NCBI GenBank assembly: GCA_037142305.1
Contig: JBAXAW010000001.1
Coordinates: 1 to 57,747, forward strand
DNA length: 57,747 nt
Source: Actinomycetota bacterium
Lineage (GTDB): Bacteria; Actinomycetota; Acidimicrobiia; Acidimicrobiales; Ilumatobacteraceae
Direction: 5' to 3'
Below are positions 38,428 through 48,267 of this stretch, in pieces. A program made the position numbers and the translations under genes. The notes beneath the pieces are model-generated. The model searched no databases. It was not told where the DNA came from and saw only the letters and a list, made by a program, of their open reading frames with translations. The stretch's first letter is position 1; the number at the start of each line of letters is the position of its first letter.

Positions 38428-38934
38428 ATGTTAGATCACATCTGGAACGGTTGGCGCGCGGATTATGTGATGCACGGGCAAGATACGCGAAGCACAAGCA
38501 ATGCATCAATCTTCACTCAGATTCTAAATAGTGACCTGAGCGATGAGCAGAGTTACATCGTGCATCGTGGCAAAACCGTTTTCGCGATCATGAACGCCTT
38601 CCCGTATACATCTGGCCACTTGTTGGTGGTTCCGTATCGTGAAGTTGCCGATCTCGAAATGTTAAGTGCCGATGAGACAAGTGAACTTTGGGCGACTGTC
38701 ACAGTTGCGACAAAGGTCATGAAATCTGTATACAAACCAGAGGCGCTTAATGTCGGGCTCAACCTTGGTGCTGCGGCTGGTGGAAGCATTGCGCAGCATC
38801 TGCACGTGCACATCGTCGGTCGTTGGAGTGGAGACACTAATTTTATGGTCGTGACAGCGAACACGAAGATTTTGCCGGAAGCATTAGATGTCAGCGCCTC
38901 TAGAATTCGAGCAGCATGGAAGACGACAAATTGA
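38428..38934 (+). CDS. HIT-family protein (Ap4A phosphorylase-like)
   Basis: ATG at 38428 lies after the thrS stop. The histidine-triad motif is QHLHVHIVGR. The position after thrS matches M. tuberculosis Rv2613c. Confidence 0.85.
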   Translation: MLDHIWNGWRADYVMHGQDTRSTSNASIFTQILNSDLSDEQSYIVHRGKTVFAIMNAFPYTSGHLLVVPYREVADLEMLSADETSELWATVTVATKVMKSVYKPEALNVGLNLGAAAGGSIAQHLHVHIVGRWSGDTNFMVVTANTKILPEALDVSASRIRAAWKTTN

Positions 38935-39422
38935 TGGCGACAGATTCAGCAAGCGAAATTCGCGATTCACTTCCAGATGATTTAAACGTCACTGCGTTTG
39001 TTGGGCCATATATGTTTCCAGATAACAGTCGACGCAAAATACCAGCATTGCTTTATCTCGGCATTGCCGCAATGTGTCTGATTCTTTGGGCGGGGCAACA
39101 CACCAATGAAAATGGTCTTGTCAGTGATGGTTTTATGTGGGCCGCAATTTTATTAGGTGTCTTCGGTTTGTATTCTTTTTCATCGTCATGGCGAATGACA
39201 GTAGATGAAAAACTCGCGCTTATTTACGCAACACGCGCGGTTGGTTTCGCTGTTGGGCATGCTTCGGCACAACAAGTTTGGCGTGGGTTGCGCAGTCGTC
39301 CGACGTGGCGAGTTTTTTGTTACAGCGAACAGGAACCGCCGCTACAACGTGGTCTAGTTTTGATTGACGCAGTTGACGCGCGAATTGTTGAGTGTCTTGT
39401 AGAAGCGAACCCAGACAGTTAA
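38934..39422 (+). CDS. Hypothetical membrane protein (2 predicted TM segments)
   Basis: ATG at 38934 overlaps the HIT stop (TGATG); ATG at 38916 is an alternative. The hydrophobic segments are IPALLYLGIAAMCLILWAG and FMWAAILLGVFGLYSF. Confidence 0.5.
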   Translation: MATDSASEIRDSLPDDLNVTAFVGPYMFPDNSRRKIPALLYLGIAAMCLILWAGQHTNENGLVSDGFMWAAILLGVFGLYSFSSSWRMTVDEKLALIYATRAVGFAVGHASAQQVWRGLRSRPTWRVFCYSEQEPPLQRGLVLIDAVDARIVECLVEANPDS

Positions 39423-39424
39423 GA

Positions 39425-39489
39425 AGATTGGCTAATGAGGTTGGCTAATGAGATTAGCTAATGAGATTGCCTAACAAGATTGCACTAGG
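39425..39489. repeat. Intergenic tandem repeat, 5 x 13 nt (agattggctaatg consensus)
   Basis: The units are agattggctaatg, aggttggctaatg, agattagctaatg, agattgcctaaca and agattgcactagg. The array lies between the membrane-protein stop (39422) and the pgsA start (39498), and the units decay toward the 3' end. Confidence 0.9.
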
Positions 39490-39497
39490 CTGTTGCA

Positions 39498-40187
39498 ATG
39501 TTTGACGGCAGATTTAAGAAAGAAGTCGAACGTATTGTTCGCCCAGTGGGCGAGTTGTTACGTCGAACGAAGCTTTCGCCGGACCATTTAACTTTAATTG
39601 GACTAGTAATCGCTTGTGTCGCAGCTGTAACGATTGCGATTGGTCAATTGCAGGTTGGATTATTGCTCGTAATATTTGCTGCGTTGCCCGATTTGTTTGA
39701 TGGTGCATTAGCCAAAGCATCAAACCAAAGTAGCCAGCGCGGTGCTTTTTTTGATTCGACTATTGATCGCGTAACGGATGCAGTTCTACTCGGTGGCGTT
39801 GCTTGGTTTTTAGGTTCTCAGCGGGGCGCTCACGCTGCAGTGTTGCCATTCGCAGTTATGGCGGTTTCTTCTTTGATTTCTTATCAGCGAGCCAAAGCTG
39901 AGGCGCTCGGGTTGACAGCCAAGGGTGGGTTAATGGAGCGCGCGGAACGAATTATCTTGCTGTGTGTCGGTTTGCTTTTTGACGCACTGTTGTTTTGGGT
40001 GATGTGGTTGATGTTGATTCTTTGCACGATCACAGCAGTGCAGCGCTTTTTTAAAGTCTGGAATCAAGCGGCAATCGCGCCGGCAACGGCTGAACGGGTT
40101 GCATTGCGGCAGTCTCGTCGTGCTTCTCGTAGTGCTCAGCGTGCTGATCGACGAATGCGTTTATCGCGTCGTCGCAACATGAAGTGA
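39498..40187 (+). CDS. pgsA: CDP-alcohol phosphatidyltransferase (phosphatidylinositol phosphate synthase-like)
   Basis: 229 aa. The CDP-alcohol motif is DLFDGALAK...GAFFDSTIDRVTD. Synteny with thrS-HIT-pgsA1-patA-pimA matches mycobacteria. Confidence 0.85.
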   Translation: MFDGRFKKEVERIVRPVGELLRRTKLSPDHLTLIGLVIACVAAVTIAIGQLQVGLLLVIFAALPDLFDGALAKASNQSSQRGAFFDSTIDRVTDAVLLGGVAWFLGSQRGAHAAVLPFAVMAVSSLISYQRAKAEALGLTAKGGLMERAERIILLCVGLLFDALLFWVMWLMLILCTITAVQRFFKVWNQAAIAPATAERVALRQSRRASRSAQRADRRMRLSRRRNMK

Positions 40188-41101
40188 CATCGGCAACTCA
40201 AAAAAATCGTTCTGATTCGTTAGTTGTCATTGGCTGCCGTGTAGTTGCGGTGCTGGCGAGAACTACTCCAACTTTTGTCATAGCCGCGTTGACTGCGGTG
40301 CTGGTTCCGGTAGTGACAATTCCAATGCGCAAAAAACGTGCAGTTGTTTCAAGGCATATGCGGCGCGTTCAACCTGATTTCGGCGACCATCAAATTCGTC
40401 GTGCAGTGCAAAAATCTTATGAGAGTTATGCCCGCTACTACGTTGAAACTTTTCGTCTGCCATTTTTGAATTCAAAGCAAATTGAGTCTGGTGTCTCAAT
40501 TGAAGGCTTTGAGCATATTGAATCTGGTCTCAAGCTAGGTAAGGGAGTCATTCTTGCGTTGCCTCACTTAGGTGGATGGGAGTGGTCAGGTAGGTGGCTA
40601 ATACAACGTGGACACAAACTCAATGCCGTCGTCGAAAAACTTGAATCGCAACAGTTGTTTGAAATGTTTCTACAACTTCGCAAAAACTATGGCGTTCAGG
40701 TGATCCCACTAGATGACAATGCCGGTGTTGCCGTTCAACAGGCACTTGCAAGAAATGAAATCGTTGCACTTTTAAGTGACCGCGATATTCAAGGCACTGG
40801 CGTTGACATCGAGTTTTTTGGTGAGAGAACGACGATCCCGAGTGGTCCAGCTTTTTTTGCATTGCGAACGGGTGCCGCTCTCGTGCCCCTTGCTACGTAT
40901 TTTTTGAAACGCCTAGACGGCCACAAAACAATTGTGCGACCGGCAATTAAAGTTGAGCGACTTGCGACGCTACGAGATGATATACAAAGAATTTCACAAG
41001 ATCTGACAATAGAACTTGAACTTTTAATTCGTCATGACCCTGCACAGTGGCATTTATTTCAGCCGAATTGGCCGAGTGATTTAATTTCTGTTTCAGTTTA
41101 G
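40184..41101 (+). CDS. patA: LpxL/HtrB-family acyltransferase (phosphatidylinositol mannoside acyltransferase PatA-like)
   Basis: 305 aa with the ALPHLGGWEW motif of the lauroyl-acyltransferase family. The start overlaps the pgsA stop. Position matches Rv2611c. Confidence 0.75.
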   Translation: MTSATQKNRSDSLVVIGCRVVAVLARTTPTFVIAALTAVLVPVVTIPMRKKRAVVSRHMRRVQPDFGDHQIRRAVQKSYESYARYYVETFRLPFLNSKQIESGVSIEGFEHIESGLKLGKGVILALPHLGGWEWSGRWLIQRGHKLNAVVEKLESQQLFEMFLQLRKNYGVQVIPLDDNAGVAVQQALARNEIVALLSDRDIQGTGVDIEFFGERTTIPSGPAFFALRTGAALVPLATYFLKRLDGHKTIVRPAIKVERLATLRDDIQRISQDLTIELELLIRHDPAQWHLFQPNWPSDLISVSV

Positions 41102-41105
41102 AAAG

Positions 41106-42032
41106 TTAATTTGAATACGCAGCAAACAATTCGGAGACTGCTTTAGCCTGACCGCCCGAAGTCGAAGACATCACGGCAATTGGCAGAACGCCGGCTTGTG
41201 ACCAAGCCCAAAGTGCCTCACGAACCGTGTCACTGTCCCCAGAAATTGTGCAATCGCTCAGCCATTCAGTATCCATTGCTGCGACAATTTCTGCAGAACG
41301 GGTTTCTTTGTTACTCGACTCAAGTATTTTTTCGAATGCGTCAATCTGCTCGTCGTAACCGCATGAGCGCCAATAATTTCGATAATTCGGAAGTGAAACA
41401 TAGCCAACCAAAGTTTTGCGATGTATTGCTTGGGCAGCCGCAATATCGTCGCTAATCACGGTCGGCACCATGTTTGCCAAAAACATTTCTGACCTGCGAG
41501 ACGATTCAATATTTGTGAGTTGATCAGAGATATTGCTCAACAAAGCGTTTGCCCAAATTGCTCCTTGAGAAATTTCGGTTGCAAGATCCAGCATTTTATT
41601 GCGAAGTGCTGCCAAATAAATCGGAGGAAGTTCGCCCGAAAAACGTTCATGAGAACGCATCGTTGCGACGTAATTTTTTATATCAGCAAGTGGTGTAGCA
41701 GTTGTTGCTCCAAGTCGGTTGATTACTGGTCCATGACTAACGCCAAGGCCCAAGCTAAAACGATGATTTGAAACTTCGTATAAATGTGCAGCAGTGTTCG
41801 CCATTTCGATTGCATGGCTGTAATAAATCGGTTGAATCGAAGTCCAAAACTTTATTGTGCTAGTCGCGTGCGCTAACGAAACACAAAATGCCATTGCGGC
41901 TCCCAGACTCGGACACGCAATGCCAGAGAACCCGAGCGTCTCGGCTTGTCGGGCGAGGTCTAGCACTGCGGTTCGCTTGTTGGCTGTTGCTACTAGCGAG
42001 ATCGCTGGTCTGAAACTCTCTTGATTAGTCAT
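41106..42032 (-). CDS. Luciferase-like monooxygenase (LLM) family oxidoreductase, possibly F420-dependent
   Basis: 308 aa. Length and overall pattern (FSLGLGVSHGP, TIM-barrel-like alternation) resemble LLM-class oxidoreductases. This is recognition by eye only. Confidence 0.55.
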   Translation of the reverse strand: MTNQESFRPAISLVATANKRTAVLDLARQAETLGFSGIACPSLGAAMAFCVSLAHATSTIKFWTSIQPIYYSHAIEMANTAAHLYEVSNHRFSLGLGVSHGPVINRLGATTATPLADIKNYVATMRSHERFSGELPPIYLAALRNKMLDLATEISQGAIWANALLSNISDQLTNIESSRRSEMFLANMVPTVISDDIAAAQAIHRKTLVGYVSLPNYRNYWRSCGYDEQIDAFEKILESSNKETRSAEIVAAMDTEWLSDCTISGDSDTVREALWAWSQAGVLPIAVMSSTSGGQAKAVSELFAAYSN

Positions 42033-42164
42033 AGTGCAAAGTTAGTTGCTGAGCAATGTCGTTCAATTAGTGATGTTTTAATTTCGACCATCGGTCGTAC
42101 CGTGTAGTTAATGAATTCGGCAAGTAATCCGGTCAAAGCCAATAAGAACTTTGAACGCAAGAAG

Positions 42165-43325
42165 ATGCTTCGGATCGGGTTGGTGTGTCCATATAGTCTG
42201 ACGATTCCTGGTGGGGTTCAATCTCAAGTTCTAGGTTTGGCTCGCGAGTTGCGTCGAATGGGCCATGAGGCACGAGTGTTAGGCCCTTGCGATGGTCCGC
42301 CGCCAGAGCCATTTGTGACACCACTCGGAAATAGTCTGCCAACAGCTGCAAATGGTTCGACCGCGCCGCTTGCGCCAGACCCTTCGGCGGCACTTCGCAC
42401 GATTCGAGCGATCAACGATGAGGCATTTGATGTTTTGCATTTACACGAGCCGATTGCACCTGGGCCGACGATGACCGCGTTAATGTTGCGCCTCGCGCCA
42501 ATGATCGGTACCTTTCACGCCGCCGGAGACATCGCTTGGTACGGGCGCATCAACAAGGGAGTCAACTGGCTCGCTAATCATCTTGACGTACGAGTTGCGG
42601 TTTCACCACAAGCACAAGAACTTGCAAATCGTTATCTAGGTGGAGAATACGAAATTTTATTTAACGGCATCGAGAATGAACTGTACGCGCGGCCAAATAT
42701 TTCGCGTAGTGCTGAAAAGATAGTTTTCTTTTGTGGCAGGTACGAGCCAAGAAAAGGACTTGCCGAGTTGCTTGAGGCGTTTGCCAAACTTTCGGACGAC
42801 GTTAAGTTATGGATCGCATCAGATGGAGATGGTATTTCGTTGTTGAAGCAGAAATATGCACACGACGGTCGTATTTCGTGGCTCGGAAGAATCACTGACG
42901 AAGACAAAATAGATCGGCTTGCGCAGTGTTCAGTATTCTGCGCACCCTCACTACATAGTGAATCTTTCGGAATAGTCGTACTTGAGTCAATGGCTAGTGG
43001 TACACCAGTTGTTGCAAGTTCGCTTGAGGGCTATCGCAATGTTGGTACTCATGATGTGAATGCTTGGTTGGTCGAACCTGGTGATATCGCTGAACTTGCC
43101 GAAGGCTTAACTCGAGTGTTGGCTGATAAAAAACTTGCACAAAAATTAAGTGACGGTGGTCTCATTAGGGCGAGTGAACTTTCGATGAGCCGACTCGCAA
43201 AAATCTATATTGAAATGTATTACGCAGTTCTTGAACGTGAGCAGTTATCACCTGACCATCATCCAAAAAGCCGAATATTTCGCCTGTACTCAGATCGAGT
43301 ATTGCGCAAAAATCCCCAAGTTTGA
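42165..43325 (+). CDS. pimA: GT4 glycosyltransferase (phosphatidylinositol alpha-mannosyltransferase PimA-like)
   Basis: ATG at 42165 gives MLRIGLVCPYSLTIPGGVQSQVLGLARELRRMGHE, which closely parallels PimA. The EX7E region is ESFGIVVLESMASGTPVV. The 42111 start adds 18 non-conserved residues. Confidence 0.75.
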   Translation: MLRIGLVCPYSLTIPGGVQSQVLGLARELRRMGHEARVLGPCDGPPPEPFVTPLGNSLPTAANGSTAPLAPDPSAALRTIRAINDEAFDVLHLHEPIAPGPTMTALMLRLAPMIGTFHAAGDIAWYGRINKGVNWLANHLDVRVAVSPQAQELANRYLGGEYEILFNGIENELYARPNISRSAEKIVFFCGRYEPRKGLAELLEAFAKLSDDVKLWIASDGDGISLLKQKYAHDGRISWLGRITDEDKIDRLAQCSVFCAPSLHSESFGIVVLESMASGTPVVASSLEGYRNVGTHDVNAWLVEPGDIAELAEGLTRVLADKKLAQKLSDGGLIRASELSMSRLAKIYIEMYYAVLEREQLSPDHHPKSRIFRLYSDRVLRKNPQV

Positions 43326-43378
43326 TTCGCGCACTACAATAAAAGAAAGATAGTAAGTCGAGATAACTGGAGGACGTC

Positions 43379-43930
43379 ATGGGAATTTGGATTGGTCTGG
43401 TTTTGGGTTTTGCTGTCATCACAATTCCTGTGATGATTTACAACTCTCTAGTCCAAAAACGCAACCAAGTTAAGAACGCCTGGTCGCAAATTGATGTTCA
43501 ATTAAAGCGACGAATCGAGCTAATTCCGAATCTTGTTGAGACTGTCAAGGGCTATGCAAACTTTGAGCAAAAAACTTTGCAAGATGTAATTTCGGCTCGC
43601 AACTCCGCAATGTCAGCACCTGGTACGGCAACTGGTCAGGCAACTGCAGATAACGCGCTATCTGGGGCGTTGCGTCAGTTCTTTGCATTGTCTGAGGCTT
43701 ACCCAGATCTCAAAGCAAACGCGAGTTTCTTGAACTTGCAAGAAGAACTCAGTAATACAGAGAGCCGAATTGCCTATGCTCGCCAGTTCTATAACGACGC
43801 TGTGCTTGCCTACAACAACTCGGTAAGTAGCTTTCCAACTGTTGTGATTGCGTCGCTTTTCAAATTTTCTGTTACTGATTCATTTGAAGCAACCGAGGCT
43901 GAAAAGACTGCGCCTAAGGTGCAGTTTTAG
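43379..43930 (+). CDS. lemA: LemA-family protein
   Basis: 183 aa with an N-terminal TM segment and the YNSLVQKRNQVKNAWSQIDVQLKRR...YPDLKAN...FYNDAV pattern. A GGAGGA Shine-Dalgarno sequence lies 6 nt upstream. Confidence 0.85.
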   Translation: MGIWIGLVLGFAVITIPVMIYNSLVQKRNQVKNAWSQIDVQLKRRIELIPNLVETVKGYANFEQKTLQDVISARNSAMSAPGTATGQATADNALSGALRQFFALSEAYPDLKANASFLNLQEELSNTESRIAYARQFYNDAVLAYNNSVSSFPTVVIASLFKFSVTDSFEATEAEKTAPKVQF

Positions 43931-43957
43931 ATTTAGTTCTAGAATCGGCTTTTCATC

Positions 43958-44863
43958 ATGTACGACTTAATAGCTTCAAACAAACGGCGTTCGGTATTTT
44001 TGTTGGCTGGATTTTCTTTGTTTCTCGTTGTGGTTGGCGCCTCAGCCGGCTTAGTTCTGGGCGACCCGATTGTCGGCACAATTTTCGCGCTGATTGTTTC
44101 TGGTGTGATGGCGGTCATCTCATATTGGAAGTCAGACACAATTGCTCTAAAAGTAAGTCGCGCGATACCAGCCGACGAAGTCGAATACAAGCGTCTACAT
44201 AATTTGGTTGAAAATTTGTGCATCGCTGGCGGGTTGCCAAAGCCACGTCTTTATGTGATTCATGATGAAGCACCAAATGCGTTTGCAACCGGTCGCAACC
44301 CAAAACATGCAGCGGTCGCGGTTACATCTGGATTGTTAGAAAAACTAGATCGTGTCGAACTTGAAGGAGTACTTGCACACGAACTATCGCACATTAAGAA
44401 CTATGACATTTTAGTTTCTACTCTCGCCGTCACGCTTGTTGGCGCTGTTGCATTGCTGACCGATATTTCGATTCGAATGATGTGGTGGAACGGCGGGCGA
44501 GTCAGTCGCAGCAATGACCGTCGCAATTCTTCAAACCCTCTTGCGTTTATTGGCTTTGCGTTATTGATAATTGCACCACTCGTTGCGCGAATGATGCAGG
44601 CGTCTATTAGTCGTCGTCGTGAAACTTTGGCAGATGTGTCAGCATGTCAACTAACTAGATATCCGCCCGGTTTGATATCCGCTTTAGAAAAACTTCAAGC
44701 CGACAGCACCGTGACTCACTCAGCCAGTATGGCAACGGCACACATGTGGATTGAACAACCTTTATCTGGGGTCAATGACTCGGGTAAACTTGCTGGATTC
44801 CATAAACTGTTTAACACTCATCCACCACTGTCAGAACGAATCGCACTATTAAGGGAGATATAA
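43958..44863 (+). CDS. htpX: M48-family zinc metalloprotease HtpX
   Basis: 301 aa with TM segments and the HELSHIKNYD (HExxH) motif. The layout is HtpX-like. Confidence 0.85.
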   Translation: MYDLIASNKRRSVFLLAGFSLFLVVVGASAGLVLGDPIVGTIFALIVSGVMAVISYWKSDTIALKVSRAIPADEVEYKRLHNLVENLCIAGGLPKPRLYVIHDEAPNAFATGRNPKHAAVAVTSGLLEKLDRVELEGVLAHELSHIKNYDILVSTLAVTLVGAVALLTDISIRMMWWNGGRVSRSNDRRNSSNPLAFIGFALLIIAPLVARMMQASISRRRETLADVSACQLTRYPPGLISALEKLQADSTVTHSASMATAHMWIEQPLSGVNDSGKLAGFHKLFNTHPPLSERIALLREI

Positions 44864-44866
44864 CCA

Positions 44867-45949
44867 ATGAAAAGCCAATCAACTCGTAAGCGCAATTTAG
44901 GTATTACTTCTGTCTTCGTCTTGGGTTTGTTAGTTGCCAGTTGTGGCGGCAAATCTGATTCTGCTTCGACTCTTCCGGCCGAAGAAATCGTCGCGACTAC
45001 AGTTCCTGAAACTACGACCACAACAACAATTCCGGTGGTTGTTAACCCTTTGACTGGCGCTCCAGCAGCAGATGAGTCGATTCTCAATCGACCAGCGCTG
45101 GTCGTCAAAATTGACAACCATCCTCAAGCCCGCCCGCAATGGGGATTAAACCAAGCCGATTTAGTTTTTGAAGAAAATGTTGAGCAGTTAACTCGGTTTG
45201 CTGTGGTGTTTCATTCACAAGGAAGCGACCCAGTTGGTCCGATCCGCAGTGGTCGTATCCAAGACATCAATCTTCTTGGCTCGTTGAATCACCCATTGTT
45301 GGCATGGAGTGGTGGCAATCAACAAGTTACTTCAGCAATTCGTAAGTCATGGCTTGTCGATTTAAGTCATTCGGTCGCTAATGAAAAGGGTGGCTACCGT
45401 CGCGAGTCGAGCCGTAACGCACCGCATAACTTACTTGCGGAAACTACAAAACTTTGGTCGCTCGCACCAGCAGATGCCAAACCGCCGCTACCGCAATTTG
45501 AATATCGAAAAGCAGATGAGGCCGTAACTACAGCATCGAAGCCGGCTGCAGCCGTAAAAATTTCTATGGACGGTGTTGACGTAATGTGGGAGTGGAACCC
45601 AGATTTATTAACTTTTGTTCGGTCGCAAGATAATAAACCGCATGTTGACATGCAAGATGTACGTGTCAATGCGCAAAACGTTGTCGTTATTTCTGTTGTT
45701 TACTCGAAGAGCGGCTCAAGTCCAGTTGCGAAGTCTGTCGGTAGTGGAGAAGTTTGGATCTATACCGCAGGCGTTTTAGTGCAAGGCACATGGGAGCGTC
45801 CAGATCCTGAAATGCCATTTATCTACAAAGATATCAACGGCGAAATTATCAAATTGACGCCAGGTCGCACATGGATTGAAGTCATTCGCCCGAAGTCTGC
45901 GGTGAATATCGCGCCTGGTGAGGATGTTACAAAAGTCAAGTACCCCTGA
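44867..45949 (+). CDS. DUF3048-like lipoprotein
   Basis: 360 aa with a lipobox (LLVASCGG) and a Thr/Pro-rich linker. The VVKIDNHPQARPQWGLNQADLVFEENVE..TRF pattern is as in DUF3048 proteins. Confidence 0.65.
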   Translation: MKSQSTRKRNLGITSVFVLGLLVASCGGKSDSASTLPAEEIVATTVPETTTTTTIPVVVNPLTGAPAADESILNRPALVVKIDNHPQARPQWGLNQADLVFEENVEQLTRFAVVFHSQGSDPVGPIRSGRIQDINLLGSLNHPLLAWSGGNQQVTSAIRKSWLVDLSHSVANEKGGYRRESSRNAPHNLLAETTKLWSLAPADAKPPLPQFEYRKADEAVTTASKPAAAVKISMDGVDVMWEWNPDLLTFVRSQDNKPHVDMQDVRVNAQNVVVISVVYSKSGSSPVAKSVGSGEVWIYTAGVLVQGTWERPDPEMPFIYKDINGEIIKLTPGRTWIEVIRPKSAVNIAPGEDVTKVKYP

Positions 45950-46009
45950 TCTAAGTCGTCACTCATTCGTTGTGTACGCTTTGGTTAAATACACGTTGGA
46001 GATTCAAAA

Positions 46010-46903
46010 ATGGCAAAAAGTGAAGTGAACAAAACTGGCTCGATGACAGTTAAACGCGGTTTGGCAGAGATGCTAAAAGGCGGAGTGATCATGGATGTCG
46101 TTAACGCCGATCAGGCAAAGATTGCTGAAGATTCTGGCGCGTGCGCAGTAATGGCTCTTGAGCGTGTGCCGGCAGATATTCGTCGTGACGGTGGCGTTGC
46201 GCGAATGAGCGATCCAGAAATGATTGAGAAGATTCAAGCAGTTGTCTCTATACCAGTTATGGCCAAAGCGCGAATTGGCCACTTTGTAGAAGCACAGGTG
46301 CTCGAGTCGCTTGGTGTTGACTTTATTGACGAGAGCGAAGTTTTAACACCAGCCGACGAATCACATCACATTGATAAGTTTGCATTTCAACCGCCATTCG
46401 TGTGTGGCGCAACAAACCTTGGTGAGGCATTGCGTCGCATTAGTGAAGGCGCCGCATTGATTCGTTCAAAAGGTGAAGCAGGCACTGGCAATATTGTTGA
46501 AGCAGTGCGACACTTGCGATCAATCATTGGTGACATCCGAAAAATTACCCAGGCCGATTCGGCTGAATTATTTGAGTGGGCAAAGCGGCTTCAAGCGCCT
46601 TTGCCGTTAGTTCAAGAAATTGCTGAAACTGGCTGGTTGCAAGTGCCGTTATTTTGTGCCGGCGGAATCGCCACACCAAGTGACGCGGCCTTAGCAATGC
46701 AACTCGGAGCCGAAGCCGTTTTCGTTGGTTCAGGAATATTCAAGAGCGATGATCCTGCTCCGCGAGCCAGGTCAATTGTTGAAGCAACAACCCATTTTAG
46801 AGATGCCGCGATAATTGCGAAAGTCAGTCGCAACCTGGGCGCACCAATGACCGGAATCGGCATGGATAATATTCAAGAGCGTTTTGCCGAGCGTGGTTGG
46901 TGA
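46010..46903 (+). CDS. pdxS: Pyridoxal 5'-phosphate synthase subunit PdxS
   Basis: 297 aa with [25 protein letters not shown] and KGEAGTGN motifs. Confidence 0.95.
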   Translation: MAKSEVNKTGSMTVKRGLAEMLKGGVIMDVVNADQAKIAEDSGACAVMALERVPADIRRDGGVARMSDPEMIEKIQAVVSIPVMAKARIGHFVEAQVLESLGVDFIDESEVLTPADESHHIDKFAFQPPFVCGATNLGEALRRISEGAALIRSKGEAGTGNIVEAVRHLRSIIGDIRKITQADSAELFEWAKRLQAPLPLVQEIAETGWLQVPLFCAGGIATPSDAALAMQLGAEAVFVGSGIFKSDDPAPRARSIVEATTHFRDAAIIAKVSRNLGAPMTGIGMDNIQERFAERGW

Positions 46904-46921
46904 GCGACTCGAGGCCTCCTG

Positions 46922-47518
46922 GTGGTTGGCGTCTCTCATAAGAAGTCTGCAATAAAAATTGGTGTATTGGCACTGCAAGGTGCATTTGAGAGACATCAAA
47001 AGGTTTTTCAGCAATTAGGTGTTGAAGCAGCTCAGGTTCGTATGCCTGCAGATCTCGCAAAAGTTGATGCTCTTGTAATGCCAGGTGGTGAGTCGACGAC
47101 GATGTCGCAGTTGCTTGAGTCATCTGAATTGTTTGAGCCGATCAGCCTTCGCATCAAACAGGGTCTGCCCTTATTTGGGACGTGTGCGGGGATGATTTTG
47201 TTAGCCAAGTCGATTATCGACGGTCGCGATGATCAGTTGTCTTTCGAGGCAATTGATATTGATGTTCAGCGCAATGCCTATGGACGTCAAATAGACAGTT
47301 TCGAGGCTGAGATCAAAATTGACTCGTCAGATAGTTCGTTTCATGCAGTGTTTATCCGCGCTCCGCGAATAGTTTCGCTTGGGTCAGGTGTTACTCCTTT
47401 GGCATATTGTGGAGATGATGTCGTGTTGGCGCGACAAGAAAACATTTTGGTCGCCTCATTTCATCCTGAGTTAGCAAACGATGTTCGGTTACATGAATTA
47501 TTTCTGAAAGGGGTTTAG
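46922..47518 (+). CDS. pdxT: Pyridoxal 5'-phosphate synthase glutaminase subunit PdxT
   Basis: 198 aa with IGVLALQGAF, catalytic Cys in GTCAGMILLA and FHPE. GTG start with GAGG 8 nt upstream. Confidence 0.9.
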   Translation: MVGVSHKKSAIKIGVLALQGAFERHQKVFQQLGVEAAQVRMPADLAKVDALVMPGGESTTMSQLLESSELFEPISLRIKQGLPLFGTCAGMILLAKSIIDGRDDQLSFEAIDIDVQRNAYGRQIDSFEAEIKIDSSDSSFHAVFIRAPRIVSLGSGVTPLAYCGDDVVLARQENILVASFHPELANDVRLHELFLKGV

Positions 47519-47520
47519 CA

Positions 47521-48267
47521 ATGTCTGGTCACTCTAAATGGGCAACGATTAAACACAAGAAAGCAGCAATTGACAAAGTTCGCGGAAAGACATTTGCAAA
47601 ATTGTCGCGACTACTCGAAGTTGCCGCACGCGAAGGTGGCGGTGATGTTTCTGTTAACGCGGCATTGCGAACCGTTGTATCGAAGGCAAAAGCTGCGCAA
47701 ATGACAAATGACGCAATTGAACGCGCGATCAAACGCGGCATGGGCGAAACTGACGGAAAAGTTTACGAGTCAGTGACTTACGAGGCGTATGCCCCCGGCG
47801 GAGTTGCAATGTTGATCGACATTCTCACTGACAATCGCAATCGAACGGCCGCCGATGTGCGAATAATTTTTTCAAAACAGGGTGGATCAATGGCGGCACC
47901 AGGAGCTGTCGGCTGGCAGTTTTCTCGCAAAGGCGTGATCTTGGTTGCCAAGACTGTCAGCGAAGATGATTTGATGTTGGTTGGTCTTGATCACGGATTA
48001 GAAGACATCACTGCCGACGAAGAAATGTGGCATGTAACTTGCGATCCAAGTCAAGTTTGGGATTTGAAGGCATCCCTTGAAGCAGCAAAGATGATCGTGA
48101 ACTCAGCAACGACAACGATGCTTTCGGCGAACACTGTCGAAGTAACAAACCCGGATGAGGCAAAGGCGATTCTAAAGATTATGCACGAACTTGACGACAA
48201 CGATGATGTGCAAGATGTATACGCTAATTTTGATATTTCAGAAAAACTAATGGAAGAGGTTGGGTAA
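47521..48267 (+). CDS. yebC: YebC/PmpR-family DNA-binding transcriptional regulator
   Basis: 248 aa. The [16 protein letters not shown]-terminus is diagnostic. Confidence 0.92.
   Translation: MSGHSKWATIKHKKAAIDKVRGKTFAKLSRLLEVAAREGGGDVSVNAALRTVVSKAKAAQMTNDAIERAIKRGMGETDGKVYESVTYEAYAPGGVAMLIDILTDNRNRTAADVRIIFSKQGGSMAAPGAVGWQFSRKGVILVAKTVSEDDLMLVGLDHGLEDITADEEMWHVTCDPSQVWDLKASLEAAKMIVNSATTTMLSANTVEVTNPDEAKAILKIMHELDDNDDVQDVYANFDISEKLMEEVG

Noticed and set aside
39425-39489. The tandem 13-nt repeat considered as a CRISPR-like array or mobile-element end.
   Set aside because: The units are contiguous with no spacers and are far shorter than CRISPR repeats. No cas, transposase or integrase genes occur anywhere in the window.
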